In this document: positions 29,150 through 39,543 of the stretch, piece by piece
How the letters are laid out: the number at the start of each line of letters is the position of its first letter
Position numbering within the stretch: position 1 is the first letter of the stretch
From: Acidobacteriota bacterium
GTDB taxonomy: Bacteria > Acidobacteriota > UBA6911 > RPQK01 > JAJDTT01
DNA length: 64,000 nucleotides
Reading direction: 5' to 3'
Assembly (NCBI GenBank): GCA_965209055.1
Contig: OZ242374.1
Span: forward strand, 3,136,001-3,200,000
Position numbers and translations under genes: made by a program
The notes under the pieces: model-generated
The model's input: the letters and a program-made list of their open reading frames with translations, nothing else
Database searches by the model: none
Told to the model about the DNA's origin: nothing

Positions 29150-29456
29150 AGGGATAATTGAAACGGGAGCGACCCCCCCAGGGGGTGTTGCGCAAATGTG
29201 AATGCGCAACACCCCCACGCCCGCACCGGGCAGCAAAAAGGGGGGGGCGCTCCCGTCCACCTCCATTTTCCCCGTGCGGCCACCCGGTGGCCGGAAATGG
29301 GGCCGTAACTGACTGAAAGGAAAAAAGATCGGGGAGAGTGCATTTGTGCGTCACCGGGACCGCTTTTTGTGAATCCACCCCCTTTGTCCCATTCACATCC
29401 CGGATCGGGCGCGAGACCCCCTTTACGCACTGCCGAAACGAACCATCATAAGCCTT
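29150..29456 (-). repeat. Hairpin module A, copy 4 (inverted)
   Basis: ACGGGAGCGACCCCCC...GGGGGGCGCTCCCGTCCACC; perfect inner stem GGGGGTGTTGCGCA/TGCGCAACACCCCC. Confidence 0.85.
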
Positions 29457-30105
29457 TGCGACTGCCAAGTGCGTTCACCGTCAATCACGACCTGGAAGGA
29501 GCGAATTTCCGCCGCTGGTTGCACCTCGACCGCCCGCTTCAGTGCGACCGTCACCCCGCCATAAGAGACGAATCGGCGGCAACCAAGTCTTTTTCGGCGT
29601 TTCCGATCGGCACGCCGGTTTTACGCCCAACTGTCAAAACATTGGATGCGTAGGATGGCCCCTGTCGACCTGAAACAGGTGGATGAAGGGTCTGGCACCT
29701 TTGAATCGGAGGCGTGAGAAGGAAACCTGCGCAGAATGGCGGCGCGGCGTATTTCGTGGTAGCGTCCAACCCATGATTCTGGCCCTTGCGCTTCTCCTCG
29801 CCGTCGTCGCCTGGATCTGCTACGCCGTCGCCCGCGCCCTCGACGCGAGTCTTGAAGAGGCGGACTGCCAAGCGGCTGCGGTGTTGGTAAACGACCGTCG
29901 AATCGCATTCACGATGTCTCCGAGCATCGGGAACACGAGGTAAGGGAAAAGAGCGTGTCGGCTTTCAGGAGCAAATTCTACTGCCTGTTTGTTGCCTGTT
30001 CAGCACGCCAGACATGGGGAGTCAACCACTTTACCGATTCGGCGAAGAACCCGGTAATCCATTGAAAACGGTAATGTTTGGTAGTTATTGACTGAGGGAC
30101 GGTTG

Positions 30106-30130
30106 GGATTGGAAAACCCCCACTCCGGGG
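30106..30130. other. attR (TTGGAAA core + other half of REP hairpin)
   Basis: GGA-TTGGAAA-ACCCCCACTCCGGGG; 30115-30130 is the exact reverse complement of 5029-5044. Confidence 0.75.
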
Positions 30131-30135
30131 CGCTC

Positions 30136-30996
30136 CTACCGTCCGCTCCGTGTTCCTGCCAGGTAGTCGGCCAAGCCCCGGCTCCAGTGGGGCATCGGGT
30201 CGAGGCCCGCCCGCGTCAGGGCGTCGTTGGCCAGGACCGAGTACGCAGGGCGGGCAGCCTTGGCCCCGAACTCCCGGGAGGTGATGGGAGTCAGATCAAC
30301 CGTGAGGCCGGCCAACTCGAAGAGCCGGTGGGCGAATTCGTACCAGGTGCACTCGCCCCGGTTGGTGACATGGACGGTTCCCCGGGCCTCCGAAGCGAGC
30401 AACTGAACCATCTTGGGAGCGAGGTGCGCCGTGAACGTGGGCGCCAGGCGCTGATCGTCCACCACGCGAATGGGGCGGCCCCTCGCGGCAAGTCGCAGCA
30501 TGACGGCCACGAAGCTGTGGTCTCCGGCCAGACCGTAAAGACCCGAGGTCCTCACGATCAGGTGCCGCCGGCACTCTGCTCGAAGCAGATTTTCGCCGGC
30601 CAGCTTGGAGGCTCCATAGACGTTTACGGGGGAAGGGGGATCTTCCTCCGTGTAGGGCGACGTCCGGCCGCCGTCGCCGCCGAATACGTAGTCGGTGCTC
30701 ACGTGCACCAGGAGCGCGTCCAGGTCGTTGCAGACCCGGCCCAGGTTCAGGACCGCGTCGGCGTTGGTCCGGAAGGCCCTGGACTCGTGGTCCTCGCAGT
30801 CGTCGACGCGGTGGTACGCTGCGGTATTGATGACGGCGTTCGGACGGAGCCGGGTCAGAACCTCTCGTGTGCGGACGTGGTCGCAAATCTCCAGACCCTG
30901 ATGAGAAAGGGGTAGAACCCGATCCGGATTGCCCAGCTCCCGCACCAGGTCGGATCCCAACTGTCCCTTGGATCCGATCACGACCACTCTGCGCAT
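30136..30996 (-). CDS. rfbD: dTDP-4-dehydrorhamnose reductase
   Basis: GSKGQLG, INTAAY..VD..E, STDYVF, YGASKLAGE, DQ..APT, ARPAYSVL. Confidence 0.95.
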   Translation of the reverse strand: MRRVVVIGSKGQLGSDLVRELGNPDRVLPLSHQGLEICDHVRTREVLTRLRPNAVINTAAYHRVDDCEDHESRAFRTNADAVLNLGRVCNDLDALLVHVSTDYVFGGDGGRTSPYTEEDPPSPVNVYGASKLAGENLLRAECRRHLIVRTSGLYGLAGDHSFVAVMLRLAARGRPIRVVDDQRLAPTFTAHLAPKMVQLLASEARGTVHVTNRGECTWYEFAHRLFELAGLTVDLTPITSREFGAKAARPAYSVLANDALTRAGLDPMPHWSRGLADYLAGTRSGR

Positions 30997-31416
30997 GCGG
31001 CGTCTCCCTCGGTCCGGCTCCCGAGATCCGAAGATTAACAGTTCCAGGAGAGGAATTCGGGCTTGAACGGAGAATGCGCTTACAGTGCAGCGCCCGGTTT
31101 TGATTTACTGTACCGCTGAGACATCCGCGATTGTTGATGTGAGGTAAAAGCATGCCCAAAGACCATCATGAGCACCACGCCGGTTGTCATCACCATGGCC
31201 CCGACAAGCACGCGCATGACCTTGGCGGGGCCGACCGGCGCAATCTGACTTCGCCTCCGACTACGACGTTCTCACGTCTCGCTTCAGTTGGAATACACGG
31301 CGGAAGACTGTATCGATGAGAATCACGACGTCGGTGACGTCGTTGCTCCCTGCGCCGCCGAGGGAATCGAGACGGGCTGACCCGAATCTCAATCCCGGAC
31401 GCTGAACCGGCGTGCC

Positions 31417-32028
31417 ATGGAAACTTTTCTCATGTTTCAGCTTGCCGGTTCGCTGGCCGCCCCGGTCGTGGGCGCGTTCTTCTACAGGTGGCTTCATGGC
31501 CGAAGCGGCGCCGTGCGCCTCTTCGACCGGCTCATGTACGTCGCCGTGCCGGCGATCGTCCTCTGGCAGGTGCTGCCCCATTCCTGGGCAAACCATGGGG
31601 TCCTCGCAATCGTGGTTCTCCTTCTGGGGATGGGCACACCGAATCTCATCGAACGGGTCTCCCGCTCGCTCGCGCCCCACACCGACAATCTTGCCCTCCT
31701 GGCCGGTTTTTCGGGCCTGTTGGTACACGCGTTTCTGGAAGGCGGCGCTCTGGTGTCCAAGGACGCGCGCGTCTCCTACGCCGTGATCCTTCACCGAATC
31801 CCGGTCGGCTTGATGATCTGGTGGATCTTGCGGCCCCGCCACGGCTTCCGGGGCGCGGCGGCCGGAATCGGGACCATTCTTGCGGCTACCGTCGTTGGAT
31901 ACGCCGTCGGTAGCCGGATCTTTGCCGATGGGGACGGTGTCGAGCTCTACCAGGCCTTTGTCGGCGGATCGCTGCTCCACGCCGTGTTCCACCAAAGTCT
32001 CCGCGACCACAGCCACGATCACGGTTAG
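31417..32028 (+). CDS. ZIP-like membrane protein (putative metal transporter)
   Basis: Multiple TM segments, HAFLEG and ILHRIPVG motifs, His-rich tail DHSHDHG. Confidence 0.6.
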   Translation: METFLMFQLAGSLAAPVVGAFFYRWLHGRSGAVRLFDRLMYVAVPAIVLWQVLPHSWANHGVLAIVVLLLGMGTPNLIERVSRSLAPHTDNLALLAGFSGLLVHAFLEGGALVSKDARVSYAVILHRIPVGLMIWWILRPRHGFRGAAAGIGTILAATVVGYAVGSRIFADGDGVELYQAFVGGSLLHAVFHQSLRDHSHDHG

Positions 32029-32113
32029 GCATCCCGCGAGCTTGCGGGGCCGCAAGGAGAGTGCGTAACATGAACGGCGATCCCGATCTGTCCGGCAAGG
32101 CGGAGAACCCACC

Positions 32114-33544
32114 GTGCGGAACTTGAGTCCGGCCCCTTTCGCAGGCTTCGACCGCAGACGATTCCTCCAGCTTTCCGCCGCGGCGCTAACGGCCTGGCGA
32201 AGTCCGGAACCGCAGCTCTTGGCGGCGCCGTCCCCTTCCCCTCGGGCCGACTCCATGATTCTGCTCTGGATGGCCGGGGGCATGGCGCAGACCGAGACCT
32301 TCGACCCGAAGCGCTACACCCCGTTCGAACCCGGTATCGAATCCAAACGGGTTCTGAGCACGTTTCCCGCCATCGACACGGTGGTGGACGGCATCCGACT
32401 CTCCAGTGGCCTGGACCGCCTGGCCCGGGTGATGGACCGGGCCACCCTGATCCGGAGTCACCGCCTGGGAGACCTGGGCTTCATCCTTCACTCCCGCCAC
32501 CAGTATCACTGGCACACCGGCTACGCGCCGCCCCTCTCGGTGGCGGCTCCCCACCTGGGGTCGGTGGTGGCCCGGACGCTGGGGCCCCGCCATCCGGACG
32601 TGCCCGCATTCGTGGACATCGGACAGGACATGGAGATCGGCGCGGAGAGCGACTCGCTCAAGGCCTTCCATACCGCCGGGTTCCTGGGCGCCGAGTACGG
32701 GCCCATGCTGATCCCGGATCCGGCGGCCGCGGCCGGAGCCATGCGGCCGCCCCAAGGGGTGGACCGGACCCGCGCCGCGCGGCGTTACCGCGCCTATCGC
32801 CGGCTGGTGGCCGAGAGTCCGGTGCTTCAACAAGGGACCACCTACCAGCAGGAGTCGTTGCTCCGCTACCTGGACAAGGCCCACCGCCTGGTGGATTCTC
32901 CCGCAGCCGCGGCCTTCGACCTGTCCCGGGAGCCCGAGAGTAGTCACCGAAGTTACGGCGCCGCCCGCTTCGGCCAGGGCTGCCTGCTGGCCCGGCGGCT
33001 CGTGGAAGCGGGAGTCCGGTTCGTGGAGGTCACCACCGGATACATCCCTTTTCGCTACTTCGACACGCACGAGAACGGCCACGAACGCATGGTCCACCTC
33101 AAGCGGAGCATCGACGGTCCCATCGCCCAACTGGTCCTGGACCTTGAAGAGCGCGGGCTTCTGGATCGGACGGTCGTGGTCGTGGCCAGCGAGTTCGGCC
33201 GGGACGCCCTCATCGAAGGCAAGCCGGACCTGGGGGTGAGGCAGCAGATCGAGGTCCCGGACCGGATGACCGAGCCGCGCCACTACGGCATGCACCGGCA
33301 TTTCACCGAAGCCTCCTCGGTGCTGGTTTTCGGTGGCGGATTCAAGCGGGGCTTCCTCTACGGGAGGACCGACGACGAGCGCCCCTGCCGCGTGGTGGAG
33401 AACCCGGTCTCCATCGAGGACCTGCACGCCACCCTCTATGCCGCCTTGGGCATTCCGCCGGATCAAGCCTACGTGGTGGAGAAGCGGCCCTTCTTCGTCA
33501 CCAAGGACGGCCGCGGAAAACCGGTCCAAGAGCTGTTTGCCTGA
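32114..33544 (+). CDS. DUF1501 domain protein (Tat signal)
   Basis: RRRFL, LWMAGGMAQTETFDPK, FGQGCLLARRLVEAGVRFV, SEFGR, DLHAT. Confidence 0.9.
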   Translation: MRNLSPAPFAGFDRRRFLQLSAAALTAWRSPEPQLLAAPSPSPRADSMILLWMAGGMAQTETFDPKRYTPFEPGIESKRVLSTFPAIDTVVDGIRLSSGLDRLARVMDRATLIRSHRLGDLGFILHSRHQYHWHTGYAPPLSVAAPHLGSVVARTLGPRHPDVPAFVDIGQDMEIGAESDSLKAFHTAGFLGAEYGPMLIPDPAAAAGAMRPPQGVDRTRAARRYRAYRRLVAESPVLQQGTTYQQESLLRYLDKAHRLVDSPAAAAFDLSREPESSHRSYGAARFGQGCLLARRLVEAGVRFVEVTTGYIPFRYFDTHENGHERMVHLKRSIDGPIAQLVLDLEERGLLDRTVVVVASEFGRDALIEGKPDLGVRQQIEVPDRMTEPRHYGMHRHFTEASSVLVFGGGFKRGFLYGRTDDERPCRVVENPVSIEDLHATLYAALGIPPDQAYVVEKRPFFVTKDGRGKPVQELFA

Positions 33545-33583
33545 CCCCAGCGATTTCCAAACCACACACCGGAGTCGAGACTC

Positions 33584-34630
33584 TTGAAGCCACTATCGTC
33601 ATTTCCCCGAAGAACGTACGTTACGCAGCCGACGCCCCTGCAGCCGGCTCCCCGCCTGTCGCGATTGCTGGGCGGTCCGGAGATCTTCATCAAGCGGGAC
33701 GACCTGCTGCCGGGAGCGGGCGGCGGGAACAAGACCCGCAAGCTGGAGTTTTCCATCGGTGACGCTCTGGCCCAGGGCGCGGATACCCTCATCACCAGCG
33801 GCGCGATTCAATCCAACCACTGCCGGCTGACCCTCTCCTGGGCCCGGGTGGAAGGACTCGAGTGCCACCTGGTGCTCCAGGAACCGGCGCCCGGCGCCTT
33901 CGATCCCGAGGCCGGCGGCAACAATTTCCTCTACCAGTTGCTGGGGGCGGACAGCCTCCGGATCGTCTCCGGAAGGGAAGAGGGGCCCGTCGCCATGGAG
34001 CGGTTGGCCGGCGAGTGCCGGGAGCGGGGACGGAAGCCCTACCTGATTCCAGTCGGCGGGTCCACTCCGGTCGGCGCCACCGGTTACGCCGCCTGCGCCC
34101 TGGAGCTGATCTCCCAGTTCCGGGAGCTGGACCTGCGGGTGGACCACCTGGTGGTTCCCAGCGGAAGCGCCGGGACCCAGGCGGGCCTCCTGGCCGGATT
34201 CCACGGCGCCGATTACTCGCTCGCCGTGACCGGCGTCAACGTGAGCCGCGGCCGGGATCTGCAGGAGCCGAGCGTCTACGAGCTGGCCCTGGCGACCGCC
34301 TCCCGGCTGGGCGTCGGAGCCCCGGTCCCCAGGGAATCGGTGGACTGCAACGGCGACTACTTGGGCCCTGGATATGCCCTGCCGACGCCGGAGATGATGG
34401 AAGCGGTCGGGCTCGTGGCCCGCTCCGAGGGAATCCTCCTGGACCCGGTCTACACCGGCAAGGCCATGGCCGGGACCATCGACCTGATCCGCAAGGGGGT
34501 CTTCCGCAGGGGAGAGAGGCTGGTCTTCGTCCACACCGGGGGCTCGCCGGCTCTTTACGTCCACATGGACGCGTTTCGGAAGAGGTTCCCTCCGCCGCCG
34601 GCGACCGATTCGGCCGGCAACGAAAGGTAG
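33584..34630 (+). CDS. dcyD: D-cysteine desulfhydrase / ACC deaminase family PLP enzyme
   Basis: IKRDD...GGNKTRKLEF, GAIQSNH, SGSAGTQAG, LDPVYTGKAMAG, HTGG. Confidence 0.9.
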   Translation: MKPLSSFPRRTYVTQPTPLQPAPRLSRLLGGPEIFIKRDDLLPGAGGGNKTRKLEFSIGDALAQGADTLITSGAIQSNHCRLTLSWARVEGLECHLVLQEPAPGAFDPEAGGNNFLYQLLGADSLRIVSGREEGPVAMERLAGECRERGRKPYLIPVGGSTPVGATGYAACALELISQFRELDLRVDHLVVPSGSAGTQAGLLAGFHGADYSLAVTGVNVSRGRDLQEPSVYELALATASRLGVGAPVPRESVDCNGDYLGPGYALPTPEMMEAVGLVARSEGILLDPVYTGKAMAGTIDLIRKGVFRRGERLVFVHTGGSPALYVHMDAFRKRFPPPPATDSAGNER

Positions 34631-34653
34631 GAACTCCCCCACCGGTCCGGACG

Positions 34654-34759
34654 GGAGCGGCGATTTCCAACCGCCGAACTGGAGCGGCGATTTCCAATCG
34701 CCGAACTCTTAACTTACGAACTTGGCGACGAAGGCTGGGCGATTGGAATTCGCCCCTCC
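34654..34759. repeat. GGAG-foot REP cluster between convergent genes
   Basis: GGAGCGGCGATTTCCAAyCGCCG x2 plus an inverted copy GGGCGATTGGAATTCGCCCCTCC. Confidence 0.8.
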
Positions 34760-34783
34760 TCATATCTCAGGAGGCCGGGAAGG

Positions 34784-36235
34784 TCAGACCAGGATCTCCT
34801 CCACGACCCGGGCGGGAAACTGGTCGGTCAGGCGCTCGTCCAGACCGTGGCGCCGGTAGACCAGGTCCCGGTAGTTCATGCCCAACAGGTGCAGCAGGGT
34901 GGCGTGGAAGTCGTGGACGCTGACCCTCTGGTCCACGGCCTTGTGCCCGATGTCGTCGGTGCCGCCGTAGGTGAGTCCTCCCTTGACGCCGCCGCCGGCC
35001 ATCCAGATGCTGAATCCGTCGGGGCCGTGGTCCCGCCCGTCGGCGCCCCGGTCGGCGACCTGGGCCAGGGGCATTCTCCCGAACTCTCCGCCCCAGATCA
35101 CCAGGGTCTCCTCCAACAGGCCGCGGCGCTTGAGGTCCTTGACAAGGGCGGCCGCGGGACGGTCCGTCTTCCCGCAACTGTAGGTCAGCATCTTCTCCAG
35201 GTTGGTGTGGGCGTCCCAGATCTGGCCTTCGATGAAGATCTGAACGAAACGGACTCCCCGCTCCACCAGGCGCCGGGCCATGAGGCAGCGGGTTCCATAG
35301 GAACGGGTCAGCTCGTCGTTGAGGCCGTACATTTCCCGGGTGGCCTCGTCCTCCTGGGACAGGTCCAGCGCATCCGACGTGGCCAACTGCATCCGGGCGG
35401 CCAACTCGTAGCTGGCGATCCGGGCGTCGAGCTCCGGCTCCCTTGGCCGGGCGTCCCGGTGCGCCGTGTCGAGACGCCGGAGCAGGGCGCGCTCGGCTTC
35501 GATCAGGTCACTGGGCAGATTCCGCCGCGACTCCAGGTTCAGGACGGGTGGCCCCTCGGAGCGGAAGCGGGTCCCCTGGTAGACGGGAGGCAGCCAGGCC
35601 GACTGCCAGTTCTGCTCCCGGTTGATGGGCAGCCCCTTGGGGTCGTCCAGCACCACGTATCCGGGCAGGTTCCGGGTCTCGCTCCCCAGTCCGTAGACCA
35701 CCCACGAGCCCAACGAGGGCCGATTGGGCAGGGTTCGGCCCGAGTGCATGAGATAGATGGCCGGCTCGTGGTTGAAGTGCTCCCCGTACATGGAACGGAT
35801 CAGGGTGATGTCGTCCACCACCTCACCCAGATGGGGAAGCAGTTCGGAGAGCTCCATTCCGCAACGTCCGCGCCGCTTGAACTTGTAGGGGGAGGGGAAC
35901 AGCCCTCCCACCTGGTCGGCGAATTCGATCTTGTTGAGGATGTCCCTGGGGGGCGCGCTCCCCGCCAACCGGGCCAGCTCCGGCTTGGGGTCGAACAGGT
36001 CCACCTGGCTGGGTCCGCCGTTCATGAACAGGTGGATCACGGCCTTGGCCTGGGGACGGTAGTGGGGAGCCCGGGGCTTCAGGTCATGGACTCCGTTGCC
36101 GGCCAGCGCCGGATTGGAGGAGGAGTAGAGGTCCTCTCCCAAAAGGGTGGCCAGGGCCGTGCCGTAAAGGCCGTCGCTGAGCCGGGAGAAGAACTCCCGC
36201 CGGGGGATGTGGGGACTCTCGAGTCTGTTTCTCAT
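34784..36235 (-). CDS. DUF1501 domain protein (Tat signal)
   Basis: RREFF, LFMNGGPSQVDLFDPK, CLMARRLVERGVRFVQ, GEFGR, GRDH, HDFHAT. Confidence 0.92.
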   Translation of the reverse strand: MRNRLESPHIPRREFFSRLSDGLYGTALATLLGEDLYSSSNPALAGNGVHDLKPRAPHYRPQAKAVIHLFMNGGPSQVDLFDPKPELARLAGSAPPRDILNKIEFADQVGGLFPSPYKFKRRGRCGMELSELLPHLGEVVDDITLIRSMYGEHFNHEPAIYLMHSGRTLPNRPSLGSWVVYGLGSETRNLPGYVVLDDPKGLPINREQNWQSAWLPPVYQGTRFRSEGPPVLNLESRRNLPSDLIEAERALLRRLDTAHRDARPREPELDARIASYELAARMQLATSDALDLSQEDEATREMYGLNDELTRSYGTRCLMARRLVERGVRFVQIFIEGQIWDAHTNLEKMLTYSCGKTDRPAAALVKDLKRRGLLEETLVIWGGEFGRMPLAQVADRGADGRDHGPDGFSIWMAGGGVKGGLTYGGTDDIGHKAVDQRVSVHDFHATLLHLLGMNYRDLVYRRHGLDERLTDQFPARVVEEILV

Positions 36236-36245
36236 GGTCGCCGGC

Positions 36246-39197
36246 CTAGTCGATGTAGGAGAACTCCGCCGAGGTGAGCAGAGCGTGGGAAACGGACGCC
36301 AGAGCCGACCAGTGGGCGGTTGTCCGGCGCGGAGCCTCGTCCTGTTCGTTCTCCAGGTGACGGGTCCACTTCTCCGCGAGGTCGGAGAGGGATTCCAGGG
36401 TCATTTGCATCTCCTCCGGAGTGGGCTTCCGGGTGAGAACCCGCAGGTAGAGCTCCCGGACCTGGTCCTCGGCCCGTCCCGGGTGCGCGTCCACCAGGCG
36501 TCCGGCCAGATGGCGCGACAGCTTCCGGGCCAGGAAGCCGTTCATCAACTGGAGGGCCTGCGGCGCAACGTTGGAGGAGATTCGCTCGGTGCAGTTGGGC
36601 GCCATCTGCGGGGCGTCGAAGAGGTCCAGGAAGGTCATTCTCAGGAGGCGCCGTTTCTGGGTGTAGATGGCCCGCCTCCAACCGTTCTTCGTTCCCTGGG
36701 CGATCACCTCCCCGTCGTCCATCCTCTCCACCGGGTCGGCCGGTCCGAAGCGGTCCGGGTCCAGCCGTCCGGTGGCCCGCAGCATGGAATCGTAGAGCAC
36801 CTCCGCCTGCATCCGCCGCAAGGACATGCGCGACCAGAGGTGGCCTTCGGGATCGGCCTCCCCCTGCAACCCCCGTCCCGAACTCTGCCGGTAGGCGGTG
36901 GAGGTCATCATGAGCCGGTGCAGCGACTTGAGGCTCCAGTCCCGGTCCACGAACCAGGTGGCCAGCCAGTCCAGCAGTTCCGGATGGGAGGGCCGGGCGC
37001 CGGTCCGGCCGAAGTCGGCCGGCGTGGAGACGATGCCACGTCCGAAATGGTGCATCCAGACCCGGTTGACCAGGACCCGCGCGGTCAGCGGATGCTCCGG
37101 ATGGGTCAGCCAGCGGGCCAGGGCCAGGCGATAGCCGGTGGTGTCGTTTCTCCCCGAAGGGATCTCCGGATCGTATTCGGGCAACCCCGCACGCAGGACG
37201 GCGGGCACTCCGGGGTAGACGCGCTCCCCGATGGTCTCGGCATTGCCGCGCCGCAGGACGTAGGTGGGAGAGCCTTCGCTCCCCATGTCGAAAAGGGCCC
37301 GCACGGCCGGTTTGGGCTTCAGTTTCTTCTTCAGCTCGCCCAGCGACTTGTTGAATTCCGCGAGCTGGGGTTTGAGCTCCTCGTTCTCACGCGCCAGCCC
37401 CTGGTCGGTGACCTTCAGCGTCTTCTGAAAACGGCGTTGCAGGTACTTCTGAACCGTGCTGCGCTGGTCCTCCGGGGTCTTCAGCAGGGCCTTGAGGTCC
37501 TGCCGCAGGGCTTCCGGCAGGGCCGCCAGCCGGGATTCCAGGACCTGGTTTCGGAGCGGCCCGGTCTTGGCCTTCCAGGCCCGTTCCAGGTCGTCGATCT
37601 GCTTTTGGATGGGAGCGTTGAAGCGCTTCGTCTCCTCGATCTCCTTCGGATCCCCCACGTCCAGGTAGCGCTGGGTCGGGTCGAGCCAGTCGTAGGGGTC
37701 GTAGGCGCTCTGAAAAACGGCGCTGAGGCGGTAGTAGTCCTTCTGGGAGATGGGGTCGTACTTGTGATCGTGGCAGCGGGCGCAACCCATGGTCAGGCCC
37801 AGGACCGAGGAGCCCAGCACCTGGATCTCGTCGTGGATCACGTCCATCTTTTCGGCCAGCGAGGCGTTGGACGGCGAATCGGTGGGATCGGAGGCGAGCC
37901 TCAGAAACCCGGTGGCCGCCAGGAACTCCAGGGCGGCGGGCGTGACCTCCTTCTTGTAGTCCGCCAACTCGTCGCCGGCCAACTGCTCCACCAGGAAGCG
38001 GTCGTAGGGCTTGTCCTGGTTCAGGGAGCGGATCACGTAGTCGCGGTAGCGCCAGGCCTGGGGGCGGAAGTGGTCGGCGTGCTTGATCCCCTCGGTGTCG
38101 GCGTAGCCGGCCACGTCCAGCCAGTGCTGAGCCCAGCGCTCCCCGTAGTGGGGTGAGTCCAGCAGCTCCTCGACCATGCGCTCGTACGCGTCCGGAGACT
38201 CGTCCGCCAGATGGGCCCGGATCTGGGACGCGGTGGGAGGCATTCCGACGAGGTCCAGGTAGGCCCGGCGCATCAGGGTGAGGCGCTCCGCTTCGGGCGA
38301 GAAGCTCAGGCCGCGGGCTTCCAGCTTTTCCAGCAGGAAGGCGTCGATGGGATTCCGGACCAGCGCGTCATGGGCGACCTTCGGAACCGGCGGACTCTTC
38401 GGACTCCGGAAGGACCAGAACCGCCGGTCCTCGCCGGTCAGGGGAAGTTCGGATTCCTGGCCCGGGTCATGCGGCGGGTCGGCATGCGCTCCGGCGGCGA
38501 TCCAGCGGCGCAGGGTCTCCACCTCCCCGGTGCTGGGAGGCCTGACGCGGTACTTGAAGAGGAGGTCGGCGGGAGGCATCTCCTCGTGCACGATGCGCTG
38601 GAAGAGAAGGCTGGCGTCGGGGTCGCCCGGCACCAGGGCCGGTCCCGACTTGCCGCCCCGGAGGCGTCCGGCCAGGGTTCTCAGGTCCAGACCCCCTTCC
38701 TGGGCCCGCTTGCCGTGGCAGACGACGCACCTCATGAGGAAGATGGGAAGCACGTCCTTCTCGCTGATGTCCGCGTGGGCCAGGGCCGCTTCCGATTGGC
38801 CCAGCCGGTCGATCCAGCCGCGGATGGCCGCAATCTCCTCCCGGCCCAGAGCCGCGTCGCCGGGTGGCATGGCTCCGGACACCACCTTGTCCAGCAGCAG
38901 ACTCCGGTCCGCCGACCCGGGGACGACGGCCGGACCCGATTTGCCTCCCTTCAGGATCGAAGCGGGGGCTCTCAGGTCCAGCTCGGCCTGGGGCGCGGAC
39001 TCGCCGTGGCAGGCCACACAGTTGTTCTCGATGATGGGCAGGATCGAGGACTCGAAGACGTCCGGCGCCGTCTCACCGGTTGCGGTAACAGGAGCGAAGA
39101 ACAGCGGAGCGAGCCAGATCATCCGGCGGCAGACTCTGAGGAATGCCAAGGTGCTCCCTGAATGAGGCATCATCGAAACGCTCCAGATTGCGGCCAT
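36246..39197 (-). CDS. Cytochrome c (x2) + DUF1549 + DUF1553 protein (start uncertain)
   Basis: [60 protein letters not shown]. Confidence 0.9.
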   Translation of the reverse strand: MAAIWSVSMMPHSGSTLAFLRVCRRMIWLAPLFFAPVTATGETAPDVFESSILPIIENNCVACHGESAPQAELDLRAPASILKGGKSGPAVVPGSADRSLLLDKVVSGAMPPGDAALGREEIAAIRGWIDRLGQSEAALAHADISEKDVLPIFLMRCVVCHGKRAQEGGLDLRTLAGRLRGGKSGPALVPGDPDASLLFQRIVHEEMPPADLLFKYRVRPPSTGEVETLRRWIAAGAHADPPHDPGQESELPLTGEDRRFWSFRSPKSPPVPKVAHDALVRNPIDAFLLEKLEARGLSFSPEAERLTLMRRAYLDLVGMPPTASQIRAHLADESPDAYERMVEELLDSPHYGERWAQHWLDVAGYADTEGIKHADHFRPQAWRYRDYVIRSLNQDKPYDRFLVEQLAGDELADYKKEVTPAALEFLAATGFLRLASDPTDSPSNASLAEKMDVIHDEIQVLGSSVLGLTMGCARCHDHKYDPISQKDYYRLSAVFQSAYDPYDWLDPTQRYLDVGDPKEIEETKRFNAPIQKQIDDLERAWKAKTGPLRNQVLESRLAALPEALRQDLKALLKTPEDQRSTVQKYLQRRFQKTLKVTDQGLARENEELKPQLAEFNKSLGELKKKLKPKPAVRALFDMGSEGSPTYVLRRGNAETIGERVYPGVPAVLRAGLPEYDPEIPSGRNDTTGYRLALARWLTHPEHPLTARVLVNRVWMHHFGRGIVSTPADFGRTGARPSHPELLDWLATWFVDRDWSLKSLHRLMMTSTAYRQSSGRGLQGEADPEGHLWSRMSLRRMQAEVLYDSMLRATGRLDPDRFGPADPVERMDDGEVIAQGTKNGWRRAIYTQKRRLLRMTFLDLFDAPQMAPNCTERISSNVAPQALQLMNGFLARKLSRHLAGRLVDAHPGRAEDQVRELYLRVLTRKPTPEEMQMTLESLSDLAEKWTRHLENEQDEAPRRTTAHWSALASVSHALLTSAEFSYID

Positions 39198-39283
39198 GAT
39201 ACCGGAGGCGTCTGGTGAACGCGAGAATTGGAGGGGGAACATCCTTGTCCCCCTCTTCATCCGGCGACCCGGAATCGGCGGTC

Positions 39284-39538
39284 GGAAACCGCCGCATGAG
39301 GAGGGGCGATTTCCAATCGCCCGTTCTTCCGTCTCTATTTTGCTGCTCGGGAGTCCCGCGGTTAGGAAACCGCCGCGTGAGGAGGGGCGATTTCCAATCG
39401 CCCGTTCTTCTGTCTCTGTTTTGCTGCTCGGGAGTCCCGCGGTTAGGAAACCGCCGCATGAGGAGGGGCGATTTCCAATCGCCCGTTCTTCTGTCTCTGT
39501 TTTGCTGCTCGGGAGTCCCGCGGTTAGGAAACCGCCGC
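39284..39538. repeat. Three tandem 81-bp units of paired REPs (BIME/REPIN-like)
   Basis: GGAAACCGCCGC at 39284, 39365, 39446, 39527; each unit holds GGAGGGGCGATTTCCAATCGCCC and GCGGTTAGGAAACCGC. Confidence 0.88.
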
Positions 39539-39543
39539 TCCTC

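Larger units (their letters stand above)
5043..30115. mobile_element. ~25 kb integrative genomic island bounded by TTGGAAA core repeats
   Basis: Core at 5043-5049 and 30109-30115; excision rebuilds a perfect 16-bp hairpin; identical TGCCTGTTTGTTGCC at 5149 and 29982; integrase abuts the left end; mosaic cargo. Confidence 0.8.

Noticed and set aside
32186-38156. Long antisense ORFs (32186-33565, 33599-34642, 34847-36277, 36207-38156; similarly 14600-16267, 43129-44724, 53750-55483)
   Set aside because: Typical high-GC shadow ORFs opposite well-supported genes; no motifs.
39284-39538. Possible CRISPR array (palindromic repeats, 81-bp period)
   Set aside because: Intervening sequences are near-identical, not unique spacers; units are REP doublets.
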